NCBI GenBank assembly: GCA_037447605.1
Contig: CM074804.1
Coordinates: forward strand, 5,681,909-5,745,908
Source: Zygnema circumcarinatum SAG 698-1b
Taxonomy: Eukaryota > Plantae > Zygnematophyceae
Direction of reading: 5' to 3'
DNA: 64,000 nucleotides
The position numbers and the translations under genes are program-made. Shown here in pieces: positions 60,701 through 64,000 of this stretch. The number at the start of each line of letters is the position of its first letter. Position 1 is the stretch's first letter. The notes below the pieces were generated by a model. It was not told the DNA's origin. It ran no database searches and saw only the letters and a list, made by a program, of their open reading frames with translations.

Positions 60701-63700
60701 ATTTCCATGCAGGTATTTGCCAATCCTGCCGATGGTGCTTGTGAACGGAAGTGAAGGTATTGGAACGGGATGGTCCACAAATGTACCAAATTATAACCCT
60801 CGTGATATTGTGGACAATTTAAAGCATCTTATCGCCGGTGAAAGTATGCAGCCTATGATGCCCTGGTATCGAGGCTTCAAGGTGAGGCTTTCTGCTGGAA
60901 ACATGCAATCTTTTAGGCTGCCATTCAGGGCGATCGCTTATATGTCCGGGATGACTGTGCTGAAAAGTTGGCTATTCATCGTCACCATCGCAGCATTTTG
61001 AAATGAGGGCTCCAGCGTGAGGGCTCCGAGTCGTTCACATCGCATCGTGACATAAATATGGCTTGCTTGCAGGGGTCAATCGAGCATTCTTCAACCAAAG
61101 AATCTGGCCAGACGTACACAATAAAGGGTACCATTGAACAAACAGGACCAACTGTTCTGGAAATAACTGAGCTGCCCATTCGAAAGTGGACTCAAGACTA
61201 TAAGGAGTTCCTTGAAAGCATGATGACGCCATCGGACAAGAATAAGGAACCCTTCATTCGAGTGAGTGAAAGGATGTGTTCCGTGAATAGGAAGAATATT
61301 CTTCATTGTCGTAGGAGAGTGCTGAAGCAGCAAATCTGGCATTATTGTGCAGGAACTTGTGGCAGCTGTAGTTTTCTGTTTTCTGAACCAGAAGTTCGTG
61401 TGCAGGACTTCAAGGAGTACCACACTGACGCATCGGTGCATTTTGAACTCCACTTATCGGAAGAGAACATGGCAATGGCCTTAGCGGAAGGTCTCATGAA
61501 GAAATTCAAGCTGACTACGACCATGAGCACAAGCAACATGCACCTCTTTGACCAATCAGGTCGGATAACGAGATATGACAGTCCCGAGCAAAGTATCCGC
61601 TCAACGTACATGTTCTGATGGCATTGCATCGCATTAAATGTTGAGCATTTCATTCTCTTTTCTTTTGCTGTAATTGAATGCACTTGCTTGTCGTTGTTAC
61701 CCTCATGGCCTGTAAGTCTTCTTGACTTGAAGCAGTCATCGAATCGTTTTATGGCCTGCGCCTCGTATACTACGAAAAGCGGAAGGTGAGGCTCGAAAAC
61801 TCTTGTATCTTTGGCGTGGATGATGCATGAAGCATTGTTATCGCTTTTTCTTCTTTTAAACTGTTCTAACTTATAGTGGCCTATCTACTTTACCAGGCGG
61901 CACAATTGGATTCCCTTCACTATGAACTTACGAAGCTTGACAATCGTGTGCGGTTCATCTTGGCCGTTGTTCGTGGTGAAATCATTGTCAGCAATCGCAA
62001 GAAGGCGGAACTCCTTGCTGAGCTGAAGGTCAGCAATACCCTTCTGCTGCGTGCATCTTGATTCCGGAAGCAAGCAACTTTTCTGATTCCCTCTGAAGGC
62101 AAACTTTAGTTCCTCCTACGGCAACTGAAACTGAATTCTGGCTTTTACAGGAAAAGAAGTTCAATCCGATGCCGGTTGGGACTGCGAAGAAGAACACCAA
62201 TGACCCACCTGTTGCTGGCGCTTCAGACGAAAATGATCAGGACGAGGACGATGCTGATGACCTTCCAACAGACAAGGGGATGTCCAAAGGGGCTTACGAT
62301 TACCTCTTGGGTATGCCTATCTGGAGCCTCACTCTGGAGAAAGTTCAAGAGCTTTGCCGAGAGAGAGATAACAAGGAAGCAGAGCTTCAGGCTCTATTGA
62401 AGACGGAGCCGAAAATGATCTGGAAGGGAGACTTGGACAAGTTCCTTCTAGCCCTCGAGGTAAGGACAACAATACTAATGATAACAGGTCTTGTGAATTA
62501 CCATCTTTGTGACAAGGAGATTGTTAGATGAAGTCATCAGGCATTTTGTAAGGGAGGTCTCGCCATGTGCAGGAACCACTCCTCCAGTTATTATACAGGA
62601 CAATATAAATGGTGAAACGGAATCTGAACATTCTCGCAGCTTAGTCGAGAGGCAGACATGCTTGGAGTAATGCATGATCACGAAGGCTGATTGGAGCTGG
62701 AACTAGCAATGCTTGATTGTGACGTTTACACTGCAAGAAAAAATCTTGAAACTTAGTGCAATAATCGACCAATGACGTACTAGTTGAGACGTATTGGAAA
62801 CGGAAACGAAGACATTTTTTTATTTCGATTCCTCGTGCGTTATAGAGGATGTCCTGCAAATATGATAGTGACCTGAAACGACCCAGTACCAAGCTTATGG
62901 AGTTTTGGTATGTCAGTAAGTTAGGCTCATCATTAGAGGCGGAATTATCCTCTAGTCAAGGATTGGAACAGCTTCAGTACAGTCAAGCGGAAAGTTTCAG
63001 TAGTCGTATGTTTATCCGTGTTGTATATTGGTGTATTCGTATATTTGTTCATTGGCTGCGGTGACGACTCCTCAAGCCAGAATGCTGATGCTTGCCTGAT
63101 GGCCTTCACCTACAGAATCCTCACAAGCTATATCAATCATGTGGAGCTTGTCAACTCTCAGAAATGCCTTTCTCCTCTCCAATGAGTCTTGGATGAGCGT
63201 AATGGCCACCTATCTGCTTATAGGATGTGCAAGTTCCTGCTAACAGACTAGTGCTGATTTTTTTTGGCCATTCAGGCTTCTGAACAGGAAGCTGATGAAG
63301 AGCGGAAAAATGAGCCTAAGCAGCAGAGACAGGCCAAGCTGCCCAATAAGGGGAAAAGCAAGGCCTTGGACGATGAAGATGAGGATTTTACTTTTGGAAA
63401 AAGTAAGGCTTCAACAACCTTGTGCACATTGACTATTTGCACTGCTTGTAAAGTAAGGAATGAATTTATGGCAAATTTCCGTTGGTGATGTTTTGGCCTT
63501 TTCGATTCCAGGGAAGAAAGAGACTGCTCCTTCCACGACGAACCCTGATGCAGCGTCCAAGAAGTCTGCAGGGGCTCCCAGCGAAGCTACAAAGAAAGTA
63601 AGTTGCAAGAAGGAGGAGAGAGTAGGTGGGACATACTCTTGTACATTCAAAAAACGCATGCCCTTCGTGGCTTCCTTAGGATGCAAAAAGCTCATGGAAT

Positions 63701-64000
63701 TATCTGTTGGTCTCACGACTTGTTGGCGCAGAAAGGGAGGCCTGCAAAGAACACATTGCCATTAGAAGTGAGGCAGTTAACGAAGCCCACAGCAGCAGCG
63801 AATCGGTACCCGGCTCAGGTACACTCTCCACTGGCGTCGCCACTGGCATCATATCGCCGCAGAATGTCAGCAGTTTAGGCAGTTGATGTGCGTAGACCTA
63901 TTTAACGCAGTCATGTTATATAGCAATTTTAACTTCAGAGCATTCATGGTTCATCTGTAAATCTCAGGAGTTTGACATTGATGAGGAGATCGGGGAACTA
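54792..64000 (+). CDS. TOP2: DNA topoisomerase II (type IIA), multi-exon, 3' end beyond the window
   Basis: [136 protein letters not shown] (catalytic Tyr), [13 protein letters not shown]. The start at 54792 is inferred from a 48-nt first exon spliced in frame to 55219. Confidence 0.97.

Overview
Intron-rich eukaryotic nuclear DNA from a green plant. The gene set (PIF-type bHLH, plastid sigma factor, ALDH10, CCC1, ADT), the 100-1500 bp GT-AG introns and the GC-rich promoter islands suggest a streptophyte alga or early-diverging land plant; this is inference and I cannot name the species. I rebuilt eight spliced protein genes by hand: phosducin-like protein (-), arogenate/prephenate dehydratase (+), cation-chloride cotransporter CCC1 (-), peroxisomal ALDH10 (+), PIF-like bHLH (+), a highly divergent sigma70-type factor (-), THO complex subunit 6 (+) and DNA topoisomerase II (+, runs off the window end). 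There are also two head-to-head tRNA-Arg(UCU) genes, a 483 bp TA-flanked MITE whose empty-site paralogue lies about 700 bp upstream, a second MITE candidate, several mini/microsatellites, interstitial telomere-like tracts and a 10-N assembly gap. There is no CRISPR or prokaryotic system. The best novelty candidate is the sigma factor. It keeps an open spliced frame and its core-binding region but has lost the canonical -10 melting and -35 recognition residues. It sits under a dense G-box cluster and next to a PIF-like gene that keeps an APA-like motif but has an eroded APB motif.
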